A stretch of 64,000 nt of DNA from Candidatus Methylomirabilia bacterium (GTDB lineage Bacteria; Methylomirabilota; Methylomirabilia; Rokubacteriales; CSP1-6). Position numbers and translations under genes: made by a program. The notes beneath the pieces are model-generated. The model was given only the letters and a program-made list of their open reading frames with translations, was not told the origin of the DNA and did no database searches. Positions within the stretch are counted from its first letter, which is position 1, and every line of letters begins with the position of its first letter. Positions 9,735 through 22,433 of the stretch are shown here, in pieces. The stretch is from contig JBGQLG010000004.1 in the NCBI GenBank assembly GCA_041499965.1, forward strand, positions 15,103-79,102, read 5' to 3'.

Positions 9735-9904
9735 CCAAGCCCTCCGGTCGCCGGGACCCCATCGAATCCCGGACGAGTCTGCTTACTATTTGGCAAGCGA
9801 TGGGGGGAGTCAAGGAGTTAACGGTAGGTTGACTCAGAGCCCATCGTCGCCGCAGACTCATCGGACTGGGCCGTGACGGGCCGCGGGGGGATGACCGGGC
9901 GGGG

Positions 9905-12537
<2,633 letters not shown>

Positions 12538-12541
<4 letters not shown>

Positions 12542-13536
12542 TCACGCTCGACGCTCACCTCGCCACCGGTCGCGGCCCCGACGCCGCCGCCCTCGGCGCG
12601 CTGGTCCGGGCGATGGCGGCGGCCGGCGTGAAGATCGCCGACGAGCTGGCCCGGGCGGCGCTGATCGGACAGCTCGGAACCACGGGCGAGACCAATGTCC
12701 AGGGCGAGAAGGTCAAGAAGCTGGACGTGTGGGCCAACGACGTGGTCGTCGCGGCGCTGGACGCGACGGGGCGCGCGTGCACCCAGGTGTCGGAGGAGAT
12801 GGAGGAGATCCGCCACCGCCCCGAGCACTGCGCCGGCGCCGGCTTCGTGGTGTGCTTCGACCCGGTGGACGGCTCCTCCAACCTCGACGTCAACGGCATC
12901 GTCGGCACGATCTTCTCGATTCTGAAGAAGCGCGGGGGCGGGCCCGACCACGCGCGGGCCGACGTCCTGCAGCCGGGCACGACGCAGGCGGCGGCCGGCT
13001 ACATCATGTACGGCCCCTCGACCCTTCTCGTGATGACCACCGGCGCCGGCGTGCACGGCTTCACGGTGGACCGCGCGAGCGGGGCGTGGGTCCGCACGCA
13101 CACGAACCTCAGGATGCCCGCCCGCGGCCGGACCTACAGCGTCAATGACGGCAACTTCACCCGCTGGCCCGACGGGATACGGCGATTCGTCGAGCACGTG
13201 CGCCAGATCGACGTCCCGACCGGACGACCCTACACTGCTCGCTACGCCGGGTCGCTGGTCACCGACGTGCATCGGACGCTGCTGGAGGGCGGCATCTATC
13301 TGTACCCCGAGGACGCGGCGGGCAGCGGCAAGCAGAGCAGCGGCAAGCTGCGGCTGATGTACGAGGCCTCGCCGATGGGGTGGATCATCGAGCAGGCCGG
13401 TGGCGCGGCGTCCACCGGGCGGGCCCGCATCCTCGATCTCGTGCCGACGGCACCGCACCAGCGCGTGCCGCTGCTGATCGGCAGCGCCGAGGACGTGCGG
13501 CTGGCCGAGGACTTCTACACCGGCAAGTACTCGTAG
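12538..13536 (+). CDS. fbp: fructose-1,6-bisphosphatase class 1
   Basis: [44 protein letters not shown] start overlaps the GH63 stop (GTGA). Confidence 0.85.
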
Positions 13537-13555
13537 CGACGAAGGAGGAGACGAA

Positions 13556-14485
13556 GTGACGACGACGGAGCGCGTGCGCGAGATCCTCAGCTGGTACGGC
13601 AGCGACAGCCCGGGAACGCTGACCAACCTGGCCCGCATGCTATCGGCCGGCACCCTGGGCGGCACCGGGCGCATGGTCATCCTGCCGGTCGACCAGGGCT
13701 TCGAGCACGGGCCGGCCCGCAGCTTCGCGCCCAACCCGGCCGGCTACGATCCGCGTTACCACTTCCAGCTGGCGATCGACACGGGGTGCAGTGCCTACGC
13801 GGCGCCGCTGGGCTTCCTGGAGGCGGGCGCTCGCGAGTTCGCCGGCCAGGTGCCGCTCATCCTCAAGCTCAACAACCACGACGTGCTCTACGAGGAGAAG
13901 GACCCGATCCAGGCCATCACCGGCTCGGTGCGCGACGCGCTGCGGCTCGGCTGCGTCGCGATCGGCTACACGATCTACCCCGGCTCGACCCACCGCCTGG
14001 ACATGTACACGAAGCTCCGCGAGCTGGCCGAGGAGGCCAAGGCCAACGGCCTCGTCGTGGTGGTGTGGTCGTACCCGCGCGGCTCCGGCCTCTCCAAGGA
14101 GGGCGAGACCGGCATCGACGTGACCGCCTACGCCGCCCACATCGCGGCCCAGCTCGGCGCTCACATCGTCAAGGTGAAGCTGCCCTCGGCGCACCTGGAG
14201 CAGGCCCCCGCCAAGAAGGTGTACGAGACCGAGGGCGTGAAGGTCGGGACGCTGGCCGAGCGCGTGCGTCACGTCGTGCAGTCCACCTTCAATGGCCGTC
14301 GCGTGGTCATCTTCTCGGGCGGTCCGACGACCAGCGACGAGCAGGTCTACGACGAGGTGCGCGCCATCCGTGACGGCGGCGGCTTCGGCTCGATCATCGG
14401 CCGCAACTCGTTCCAGCGCAAGAAGCCGGACGCGGTGAAGTTCCTGGGCACGATCATGGGCATCTACGCCGGCACCCAGAAGTGA
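13556..14485 (+). CDS. fba: class I fructose-bisphosphate aldolase (DhnA/archaeal type)
   Basis: 309 aa. LILKLNNHD...SYPRG...HIVKVKLP pattern of DhnA-type aldolases. Confidence 0.7.
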   Translation: MTTTERVREILSWYGSDSPGTLTNLARMLSAGTLGGTGRMVILPVDQGFEHGPARSFAPNPAGYDPRYHFQLAIDTGCSAYAAPLGFLEAGAREFAGQVPLILKLNNHDVLYEEKDPIQAITGSVRDALRLGCVAIGYTIYPGSTHRLDMYTKLRELAEEAKANGLVVVVWSYPRGSGLSKEGETGIDVTAYAAHIAAQLGAHIVKVKLPSAHLEQAPAKKVYETEGVKVGTLAERVRHVVQSTFNGRRVVIFSGGPTTSDEQVYDEVRAIRDGGGFGSIIGRNSFQRKKPDAVKFLGTIMGIYAGTQK

Positions 14486-15462
14486 TCGTCCTCGCCGGCG
14501 ACGTCGGCGGCACCAAGACCGCGCTCGCACTCTTCGACAAGACCGCGCGGGGTCCGGTGCTCGTCCGGGAGGATACGCTATCCAGCCGCGGGTTCGCGAC
14601 GCTCGAGGCCGCCATCGAGCGCTTCCTCTCGGCCGGCCCGCGGCCGAAGATCGAGGGGGTCTGCCTGGGGGTGGCCGGGCCCGTGGTCGACGGTCGCTGC
14701 GTGGCCACCAACCTGCCGTGGGTCATCGACGAGCACGCGCTCGCCTCCGCGATCCCGGCTCCGCGGGTGAAGCTCCTCAACGATCTGGAGGTTGCCGCTC
14801 ACGGCGTGCTGAGCCTGCCCGAGGCCGAGCTGCGGACGCTGCAGCCGGGCACTCCACGTCAGGGGCACATGGTGCTGATCGCGGCCGGCACCGGGCTGGG
14901 CGAGGCCCTCATCGTCCAGGACGGCGACCGCCGAATCGTCATCGCCAGCGAGGGCGGTCACGGGGATTTCGCGCCCCGTGATGACGTCGAGGAGGATCTG
15001 CTGCGGTTTCTCCGCAAGGAGTTCGGCCGCGTCTCGCTCGAGCGCATCCTGTCCGGCCCCGGGCTCTTCAACGTCTACCGCTTCCTGCGCGACACCGGAT
15101 GGGCCAGGGAGTCGGCCCAGGTCGCCGAGCGCATGCGGGCCGGCGACCCCAGCGCGATCGTCAGCGAGATGGCCCTGGCCGAGAGTGATTCGATGTGCGT
15201 CAAGGCGCTGGACATCTTCGTGTCGGTCTACGGTGCCGAGGCGGGGAACCTGGCGCTCAAGGCGATGGCGGTGGGCGGCGTCTTCGTGGGGGGCGGGATC
15301 GCGCCGCGCATCCTGCCGCGGCTGACGACCGGCGCGTTCGTGGCCGCCTTCCGCGACAAGGGCCGTCTCGGCCCGCTGATGGAGGCGATCCCCGTCTGCG
15401 TCGCGCTCAATCCCCGGGCGCCGCTGCTCGGCGCCGCCCAGGTCGCCACCACGCTCGTCTAG
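14482..15462 (+). CDS. glk: glucokinase
   Basis: MIVLAGDVGGTKTALALF N-terminal motif. ATGA overlap with fba. Confidence 0.8.
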   Translation: MIVLAGDVGGTKTALALFDKTARGPVLVREDTLSSRGFATLEAAIERFLSAGPRPKIEGVCLGVAGPVVDGRCVATNLPWVIDEHALASAIPAPRVKLLNDLEVAAHGVLSLPEAELRTLQPGTPRQGHMVLIAAGTGLGEALIVQDGDRRIVIASEGGHGDFAPRDDVEEDLLRFLRKEFGRVSLERILSGPGLFNVYRFLRDTGWARESAQVAERMRAGDPSAIVSEMALAESDSMCVKALDIFVSVYGAEAGNLALKAMAVGGVFVGGGIAPRILPRLTTGAFVAAFRDKGRLGPLMEAIPVCVALNPRAPLLGAAQVATTLV

Positions 15463-15467
15463 AAACA

Positions 15468-15537
15468 TGGGGGCCCCGAGATGGCCCCCCCCAGCGCTCG
15501 GGGCGCCCCGGCGAAGCCGAGGCGCCCGTCGGTCATG
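15468..15537. repeat. ~70-bp GC-rich palindromic intergenic repeat, copy A (GGGGGCC-loop-GGCCCCCCCC hairpin plus GGGGCGCCCC palindrome)
   Basis: About 88% identical to 47581..47650. Lies between the convergent glk and sensor-kinase 3' ends. Confidence 0.75.
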
Positions 15538-15567
15538 CGCGCTACGACTTTTCCCGAACGAGCCGAG

Positions 15568-18258
15568 CTATGTTTTGGGGGTGACCTCGTCGAGGTCGTC
15601 GCGATCGTGGGTGATGGGCAGGGTGACCGTGAAGGTCGTGCCCTTCCCGAGCTCGCTCTGCACGTCGATCGTCCCGCCGTGGCTCTGCACGATGCCGAGG
15701 CTGACCGACAGGCCGAGACCGGTGCCGCTCACCTCCGGCTTGGTCGTGAAGAACGGATCGAAGATGCGACCCAGGATCTCGGCCGGGATGCCGGGCCCGG
15801 TGTCCTCGAAGGCGATCCTCAGCGTGCCGCCGTCGAGGCTGGTGCGGATCGTGAGCGAACCGCCGCCCTTCATCGCGTAGACGGCGTTGTTGATGATGTT
15901 GAGGAACACCTGCTTGATGCGCGACACGTCCATCTCGACCATCGGCAGGTCCTCGGCGTGCGCCTCGGTCACGGTGACCGCGTTCAGGGCGCCCTGGCGG
16001 CGGACCATCCCCACCACCTGCTCGATGACGGCGCTGACGTCGGACGGCTCGGGCATGAAGTCGCGCTGGCGACTGAACTGGAGCAGGTCGCGCACGATGT
16101 CACGCGCGCGCGAGGCCTCCTCCTGGATGAGGCCGAGCTCCTCGCGCATCGGGTCGTCGGCGGGCAGGCGTTCGGCGATGAACGAGGCGAAGCCCAGCAC
16201 GGTGGTGAGGGGATTGTTGATCTCATGCGCGATGTTGGCGGCCAGCTCGCCGATGGCGGCCAGCTTCGTGGACTGCACGAGCTGGGCCTGGGTCTGCTTG
16301 AGCTCGGCCATCTGTTGCTTGACGCCCTCGAACAGGCGCGAGTTCTCGATGGCCAGCGCGCCCTGCAGCGCGATGCCCTCGGCCAGCCGCAGCTCCTCGG
16401 CGGCGAAGCGATGGGCCTGGGTGAGCCACAGGATGGAGAATCCGCCGATCAGCTCGTCCTTCCAGAAGATCGGTTGGATGAGCATCGACTTGTGCTCCAC
16501 GACCTGCGAAGCCGCCATCCCGCTCCAGGCCTCGGCCTGGCTGTCGGAGGCGGCGATCGGCCCCTTGGCCGCCATCAGCGCGGTGACCACCGGATCGTCG
16601 AGCTTGAGGCTCGACGCCGCCGTCACGCCCAGGAGCTCCTTGGGAATGCGATAGCCGACCAGCGGCACGAAGCGCGCGCGGTCGGGCGCCAGCAGCCACG
16701 CGACGCCCATGTCGCCGCGGAGCGTGCGCACCATCTCGCGGGTGGCCCGACGGAGGATCTCGGTGAGATCGAGCGTGGAGCCGATGGCCTGGCTGACCGC
16801 CACTAGCGTCTCGTTGTACTGCAGGCGGCGCTGCGTCTCCTCGTACAGGCGCGCATTGCGGATGGCCACCGCGGCCGACGTCGCCAGGGCCTGGACCAGC
16901 GCGACCTCGTCGGCCCCGAACTCGCGGCGCTGACGGGAGAGGCCGACCAGCACGCCGACCGGTGCCTCCTCCAGCAGGAGCGGCACCGCGACGAGCGACA
17001 TGAGCCCCTCGGCTTGCGCCCACTGGCGCTCTTTGAGGCGTGGATCGACCGGCAGGTCGGCGATCACGAGCGGCGTCAGGTGCTCCATGACCCAGCCGAC
17101 GATGCCCTCGCCCGGCTCGAACCGCCCGCGCCGGTCGCCTGGCTGCTCGGCCAGCCCCGCCTGGGCGTGCAGCCGGTACTCGCCGGGACCCTCTTCGAGC
17201 CAGATCCGCACGACGTCCAGGTAGATGCGCGAGCGCACCAGCTCGGTGAAGCGCTGCAGGACGTCGGCGAGGCGCAGCGAGGAGGCCAGCAGGTGGCCGG
17301 CCTCGACGAGGCTCTGCTGCTCGGCCGCGCGCTGGGCGACGCCGTGGAACAAGCGGGCGTTCTCCACCGCGATGGCGACCTGGTTGGCCACGATGTTCAG
17401 CAGTTGCTCCTCGTCGGCCTTGGCGCCGGGCGGCAGGGTGTGGCGGGCCGTCATCACGCCGAGGGGCCGGCCCCGCACCGTGAGCGCCAGCGTCCAGTCG
17501 GCCTCGGCCCAGTCCTCGCCGGTGGCCAGGCCCGTCCCGGCCAGCACGCTGCGCGGCCGCTCGGTCTCGTCACCGGTCACCGCCACCTTGACGTCCGCGT
17601 CCGGCAGCTCGACGGACAGGCTGCGGGTGCCGAGCGCCTTGGACAGGGCCGGCAACAGCTGCTCGAGCATGGCGCGGGCGCCGACCTCGGAGGTGATGTC
17701 CTGCACCGCGCGGTGGAGATCGGCGAGCTGGGTGGCGCGGCGCACGAAGTGCTGGTTGAGGCGCTTGAGCTCCTCCACCTGATTGACCAGCCGGTAGACG
17801 AGGCGCTGGTTCAGCTCGCGGAGATAGACGCCTTGCTCGCGCTCCTCGACCTGCTCGCGCTTGCCGTGCAGGAATTCCTCGACCTGGCGGGGGAAGGTAT
17901 CGACGTCGATCGGTTTCTGGATATAGCCGTCGCACCCGGCCACCAGCGTGCGCTGGCGGTCGCCTTCCATCGCGTAAGCGGTCAGCGCGACGACCGGTGT
18001 GTTGGCGAAGGCTGGGAACGACTTGATGACCGCCACCACCTCGTAGCCGTCGATGCCCGGCAGGTTCACGTCGAGCAGGATCAGGGCCGGCTCCTCGCGC
18101 ACCGCCGCCTCGATGCCGGAGAGCCCGTCCTCGGCGTCGACGATCGTATAGCCGTCGGCCTCCATGATGGCGCGGACCAGCATGCGGTTCTCGGGGTTGT
18201 CCTCGATGTAGAGGATCTTGGGCTTCTTCCCGTCGCGGCGAATGATGGGAGCGGGCAT
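15568..18258 (-). CDS. hybrid sensor: N-terminal receiver - GAF x2 - HisKA - HATPase_c histidine kinase
   Basis: KILYIEDNPENRMLV...LLDVNLPGIDGYEV REC domain. IAHEINNPL H-box. GTGLGLS. Confidence 0.85.
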   Translation of the reverse strand: MPAPIIRRDGKKPKILYIEDNPENRMLVRAIMEADGYTIVDAEDGLSGIEAAVREEPALILLDVNLPGIDGYEVVAVIKSFPAFANTPVVALTAYAMEGDRQRTLVAGCDGYIQKPIDVDTFPRQVEEFLHGKREQVEEREQGVYLRELNQRLVYRLVNQVEELKRLNQHFVRRATQLADLHRAVQDITSEVGARAMLEQLLPALSKALGTRSLSVELPDADVKVAVTGDETERPRSVLAGTGLATGEDWAEADWTLALTVRGRPLGVMTARHTLPPGAKADEEQLLNIVANQVAIAVENARLFHGVAQRAAEQQSLVEAGHLLASSLRLADVLQRFTELVRSRIYLDVVRIWLEEGPGEYRLHAQAGLAEQPGDRRGRFEPGEGIVGWVMEHLTPLVIADLPVDPRLKERQWAQAEGLMSLVAVPLLLEEAPVGVLVGLSRQRREFGADEVALVQALATSAAVAIRNARLYEETQRRLQYNETLVAVSQAIGSTLDLTEILRRATREMVRTLRGDMGVAWLLAPDRARFVPLVGYRIPKELLGVTAASSLKLDDPVVTALMAAKGPIAASDSQAEAWSGMAASQVVEHKSMLIQPIFWKDELIGGFSILWLTQAHRFAAEELRLAEGIALQGALAIENSRLFEGVKQQMAELKQTQAQLVQSTKLAAIGELAANIAHEINNPLTTVLGFASFIAERLPADDPMREELGLIQEEASRARDIVRDLLQFSRQRDFMPEPSDVSAVIEQVVGMVRRQGALNAVTVTEAHAEDLPMVEMDVSRIKQVFLNIINNAVYAMKGGGSLTIRTSLDGGTLRIAFEDTGPGIPAEILGRIFDPFFTTKPEVSGTGLGLSVSLGIVQSHGGTIDVQSELGKGTTFTVTLPITHDRDDLDEVTPKT

Positions 18259-18268
18259 GGGGTGTCCT

Positions 18269-20413
18269 TTACCCCTGCGCCGGGGTCAGCGGCAGGGTGA
18301 AGTGAAAGGTCGAGCCCTGGCTCTCGCGGCTCTCCGCCCAGATCCGGCCACGATGCAGCTCGACGAACTTCTTGCTGATGGCCAGGCCGAGCCCGGTGCC
18401 GTCAGCCTGCTGAGCGAGCGGATTGTCCAGGCGCTGGAACGGCTCGAACAGCCGCTGCAGGTCGCCGGGCGAGATGCCGATGCCGGTGTCGGCCACGGAG
18501 ACGTGCAGGGCCTCGGGCTCGGGCCGGACCTGCACCAGCACGTGGCCGCTGTGCGTGAACTTGATGGCGTTGGAGAGCAGGTTGAGCAGCACCTGCTTGA
18601 CCCGCATGCGGTCAGCGTGGACCATCGGCAGCTCGACCGGCATGTCCTTTTCGATCTTCACGCGCTTGTCCCGGACCAGCGGCATCGAGGACTCGATGCA
18701 CTCCTCGACCACGTCGTGCAGGTCGAACTTCTCCGGACGCATCTCGAACTTGCCGGCCTCGATGCGGGAGAAGTCGAGGATGCTGTTGATCAGCTCCAGC
18801 AGGTGGCGGCTGGAGTTGTGGACGGAACGGACGTACGCCTCCTGCCGCTCCGTGAGGTCGCCGTCGAGACGGTTGAGCAGGACCTTGGAGAAGCCGATGA
18901 TCGAGTTCAGCGGGGTCCGCAGCTCGTGCGACATGTTGGCGAGGAACTGCGATTTGAGACGGCTGGCCTCGAGGAGGCGGGCGTTGGAGGTGGCCAGTCC
19001 CTCGTAGAGCCGCGCGTTCTCCAGCGAGATGGCGGCCTGGGTGGCCAGCAGCAGGAGGACCTCGAGCTCCTGGTCGTCGTAGATCTCGCCCGACAGCTTT
19101 TCGCCGAGGAGGAGGATCCCGTTGAGCTTGTTCTCGACCTTGAGCGGCACGATCAGCGCGGCCTTGACCGCTTCTAGCTCGCCCTCGGCCGTCTCGAAGT
19201 AGCGGGCGATGCGGGGGTTCAGCTTCACCTCTTCCTTGACCAGCAGTCCCTCGGTCGTGACCAGCCACTGAGCGATGGGGCTGTCGGCGCGGATCGACTC
19301 GATCCCCGAGCCCTCCTCGACCGTGGTGTCCTCCTGGTAGTTGACGAACGCACCGGTGGTGGGGTCGTGGATCATGAGCGTGGCGTGGGTGGCCGGGATG
19401 CCGCGCACCAGTCCGTGCACGAGCGTATCGACCAGCTCGTTGAAGTTCAGGATGGAGCTCATCCGCTTGCTGATCTGCAGCAGGGTCTCGTAGCAACCCT
19501 GCCGCTTGCTGAACATCATCCGCTGGATGCGGTCGTCGAGCCCCTGGCCCAGCGGCGACAGCAGCACCGTGATCACCGCCCCCACCGGCACGATCAGCCA
19601 CAGCGCGCTGGCTTCCTTCAGGTTGAAGTAGTCCTCGATCACCTTGGTGGCCACGCCGAGGACGAGCGTGATGACGGTGCCCACCAGCGCGTAGACGGCC
19701 GTCTTCTTCACCGCCACCGCCACCGCGAACAGGCGGTAGCGCACGATGGACGTGCCCAGCATGAGGGCGAAGATCATGTTGGCCGGAATGCCGACCGGAT
19801 AGACGTAGTCGGCGGCCGGCACGAATCGGCTGAGGATGAAGCGCGCGAAGTCGACCCAGCCACCGGCCAGGCTCACCAGGGTGCCGAGCATGATCAGCGT
19901 GCCGCGGTTGCGCCGGAAGCTGGAGTCGATGCCCCGGTGGTCCCGCACGAGGAGGATCACGCCGTAGATCATGAAGCCGTTGAAGGCGAGCAGGTACGGC
20001 AGGTACAGCGGGCCGGTCGCCGGCGCCCAGCCCCAGTGCGTGGCCTTCACGCCGCTCATGAACCACGGGGAGCCGGACAGGTTGATCAGCTCGTAGATGA
20101 AGGCCAACAGGTAGGCCAGGACCAGCGACGGTCGATGACGGGTCGTGCTGTCGAGGAAGATGAGGACGAAGTGGTAGTAGAAGGCCGGCAGCGCGATGAC
20201 GCCGATGTGGATGACGATCTCGACGAAGTAGGCGGTCCACTCGTCGGGGCTCGTGCGCAGGAGGAAGACGCCGAAGTTCCACAGCGCCATCCCGGACGCG
20301 AAATAGGCAAAGACGCGGTTGAGCCGACTCCCCGGGTTGCGCAGCAGCGACAATCCGGCCAGGGAGACGTTGAGGAAGAACGCTACGAGCGGGAGAAGAC
20401 TATGAGGGCTCAC
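18269..20413 (-). CDS. sensor histidine kinase with 7TM N-terminal module, GAF, HisKA, HATPase_c
   Basis: Seven hydrophobic helices. [11 protein letters not shown]-box. [10 protein letters not shown]. Confidence 0.85.
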   Translation of the reverse strand: MSPHSLLPLVAFFLNVSLAGLSLLRNPGSRLNRVFAYFASGMALWNFGVFLLRTSPDEWTAYFVEIVIHIGVIALPAFYYHFVLIFLDSTTRHRPSLVLAYLLAFIYELINLSGSPWFMSGVKATHWGWAPATGPLYLPYLLAFNGFMIYGVILLVRDHRGIDSSFRRNRGTLIMLGTLVSLAGGWVDFARFILSRFVPAADYVYPVGIPANMIFALMLGTSIVRYRLFAVAVAVKKTAVYALVGTVITLVLGVATKVIEDYFNLKEASALWLIVPVGAVITVLLSPLGQGLDDRIQRMMFSKRQGCYETLLQISKRMSSILNFNELVDTLVHGLVRGIPATHATLMIHDPTTGAFVNYQEDTTVEEGSGIESIRADSPIAQWLVTTEGLLVKEEVKLNPRIARYFETAEGELEAVKAALIVPLKVENKLNGILLLGEKLSGEIYDDQELEVLLLLATQAAISLENARLYEGLATSNARLLEASRLKSQFLANMSHELRTPLNSIIGFSKVLLNRLDGDLTERQEAYVRSVHNSSRHLLELINSILDFSRIEAGKFEMRPEKFDLHDVVEECIESSMPLVRDKRVKIEKDMPVELPMVHADRMRVKQVLLNLLSNAIKFTHSGHVLVQVRPEPEALHVSVADTGIGISPGDLQRLFEPFQRLDNPLAQQADGTGLGLAISKKFVELHRGRIWAESRESQGSTFHFTLPLTPAQG

Positions 20414-21077
20414 GCCCGTTCCCCTCGGGCGGATCGAGAGGAAGGTAGACCTTGTCCTTCTGGCGCTGCGCTTCGATCTCCTCCTTGAGGATCCCGAAGA
20501 TCACCAGGTCCCAGTACCGTTCGCCGTCGAAGCCGGCCTGGCGGAGGATCCCCTCCTGCCGGAACCCGTTGCGCCGGAGGGAGTTCATGCTGAGCACGTT
20601 GTACTCGTAGACTTTGGCTTCGATGCGACGCAGGCCGAGCACGTCCACGCCATAGTAAGAAATGAGTTTACCTGCTTCGACCCCGAAACCCCGCTTCATT
20701 GCTCGCACGTCGGTGATGATCGTCTCCAGGAAGGCGTAACCCTCCAGCAGGTGGATGTTGAAGAGGCGCACCACCCCCACCGGTTTGGTCCAGCCCCGGT
20801 GGGCCTCGATGACCAGCACGATCTGGGTGGGATCGGTCAGGACCGCCTCGAAGAAGGCCGGCGACTTGTCCCACACATGCTTGTAGGACTGCAAGAACTC
20901 GCTGCCGACCATGCGTTCGAGGAACGGGTCGTCGACCCACGCGGAGAGATGGTCGAGATCTGCCGGCGTGAATGTCCGGAGATAGACCCTGGTGCCGCGG
21001 GAGATGACGCTGCCGCGCTCGCGGGGCGGCGTCGATTGGGAGGGGGCGTCAGGCCCCTGGTGCTCCACCGAGATCAC
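20400..21077 (-). CDS. GNAT family N-acetyltransferase (RimJ/RimL-like)
   Basis: VRLFNIHLLEGYAFLETIITD, RGFG, LRRIEAKVYEYNVLSMNSLRRNGF. Start placed at the GTG overlapping the STAS stop rather than the ORF-track start at 21140. Confidence 0.65.
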   Translation of the reverse strand: MISVEHQGPDAPSQSTPPRERGSVISRGTRVYLRTFTPADLDHLSAWVDDPFLERMVGSEFLQSYKHVWDKSPAFFEAVLTDPTQIVLVIEAHRGWTKPVGVVRLFNIHLLEGYAFLETIITDVRAMKRGFGVEAGKLISYYGVDVLGLRRIEAKVYEYNVLSMNSLRRNGFRQEGILRQAGFDGERYWDLVIFGILKEEIEAQRQKDKVYLPLDPPEGNGREPS

Positions 21078-21430
21078 ATTCCGGGACCGGTCCAGAGCGC
21101 GAAGGCGGTGATCGTCCCCGTGTCCTTGAGCGCCCGGCACACCACGTCATTGGCGCGCAGCGCCAGCGTGCCACTGGGCTGTGCCTCGAGCACACGACGC
21201 GCTTCGAGCAAGGCCGCGATGCCGGCCGCGTCCAGCGCCGTCACCGCTCGCAGGTCGATCACCTGGCGCGTCCGGCCATCAGCCACGGCCTGCCGGATCT
21301 GTGCGCGCAACGCCGGGGCCGTCACGGCAGTGAGGGGACCGGCGAGTCGGAGCCGTTCCGGACCGGTCGTGGTCCGGTCGGCTGCCGGCGTCGCCGTACC
21401 CTCGTGCATCCCCGCATCGACGGCGCTCAT
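21074..21430 (-). CDS. STAS-domain protein (anti-sigma-factor antagonist-like)
   Basis: 118 aa. LRLAGPLT...IDLRAVTALDAAGIAALL, SpoIIAA-like. Confidence 0.65.
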   Translation of the reverse strand: MSAVDAGMHEGTATPAADRTTTGPERLRLAGPLTAVTAPALRAQIRQAVADGRTRQVIDLRAVTALDAAGIAALLEARRVLEAQPSGTLALRANDVVCRALKDTGTITAFALWTGPGM

Positions 21431-21445
21431 GGTCAGGAGCGTTTC

Positions 21446-22204
21446 CTAGAAGTCGATATCAAAGCGGACGAGCGGAGCACCCAGCGACAGCTCGTTCGGC
21501 TGGATGTCCAGGCAGCGGCCGGCCGGGGTCCCCGCCGCCTCGACGTTGTCGAGGTAGGCAAGGTCGACACCGCCGTAGAGCGCCGCTGCGTAGGGGTTCG
21601 GGTTCGGGGTCAACGGGCAGAAGATCTGGCGCAGGGTCAGCTTCATCTTCACTCCGGGCGCGACCTCGACCTCGGTCTCGAAGTTGCCCGCGAAGGGCAG
21701 CCGGAAGACGCCCGTGAAATTGCGATTGCGGCCCCGGTCCGCCTTCACCTTGCCGACGACGGTGCCGAACGGGATGTCGTGCAGGATCGCCGGCGAGAAA
21801 TCCATCTGCCCGTGGAACTCGCCCTTGAGCACCACGGCCTCCGGCCCGTCCACGGGGTTGTCACCCTGGATGACCGTCGCGAAGTTGCCATCGAGCGTGC
21901 CCAGGCCGGTGGTGAGACTGACGTTGTCACTGCCGAGCACGTTGACCGCGCAACCGGCCGGACCGCTCTGCAGATCCGCGCTCGGGCACAGCGGCGTCCC
22001 GGGCACGGCCACACCGGTGATCGCCGAGGTGGCGAGGCGACGGGCGACCGGCGGACGATGCCGTTGATTCCTCTGCACCAGCTTCATGTTCTCGGTCAGC
22101 TCATAAAGGGTCGCGTCGCTCGCACGGGCCAGGGCCGGCGCGCTAGCAACGGCGACACCCACCAATCCCAGAATGGCGACGATCCGCTTTGATGTCGGCT
22201 TCAT
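21446..22204 (-). CDS. secreted hypothetical protein
   Basis: MKPTSKRIVAILGLVGVAVASAPALARA signal peptide. No recognisable domain. Confidence 0.5.
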   Translation of the reverse strand: MKPTSKRIVAILGLVGVAVASAPALARASDATLYELTENMKLVQRNQRHRPPVARRLATSAITGVAVPGTPLCPSADLQSGPAGCAVNVLGSDNVSLTTGLGTLDGNFATVIQGDNPVDGPEAVVLKGEFHGQMDFSPAILHDIPFGTVVGKVKADRGRNRNFTGVFRLPFAGNFETEVEVAPGVKMKLTLRQIFCPLTPNPNPYAAALYGGVDLAYLDNVEAAGTPAGRCLDIQPNELSLGAPLVRFDIDF

Positions 22205-22433
22205 CTTGCTCTCCGTTCTCCGCGCTCCAACGTCGCTCGCCGGTGCGAGGCTTCAATGGCCCGCTTGGGCGGGATCAACTACTACAGCAAGCTCAGTACC
22301 AAACTACGCGACCGATCCATAACCTATTGGGAATAAAGATAAGATTGCCTCAGGCGCCCCCTCAAACTGCGGTCTCCCGGGTGATTCCTTAACGACTGAT
22401 CAGGTCGAGGTGACACGAACGGCGAGAAACTGA

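Noticed and set aside
9797-9854. Possible tRNA or small RNA gene in the dpp/GH63 intergenic region
   Set aside because: Forms one long imperfect hairpin, not a cloverleaf. No acceptor/T-arm pattern. Treated as a regulatory inverted repeat instead.
15467-15880. ORF beginning MGAPRWPPPALGAPRR and ORF 47577..48374 beginning MMGGPEMAPPPSVRGAA
   Set aside because: Their shared N-terminal peptides simply translate the two copies of the intergenic GC-rich repeat. Both run antisense through real genes.
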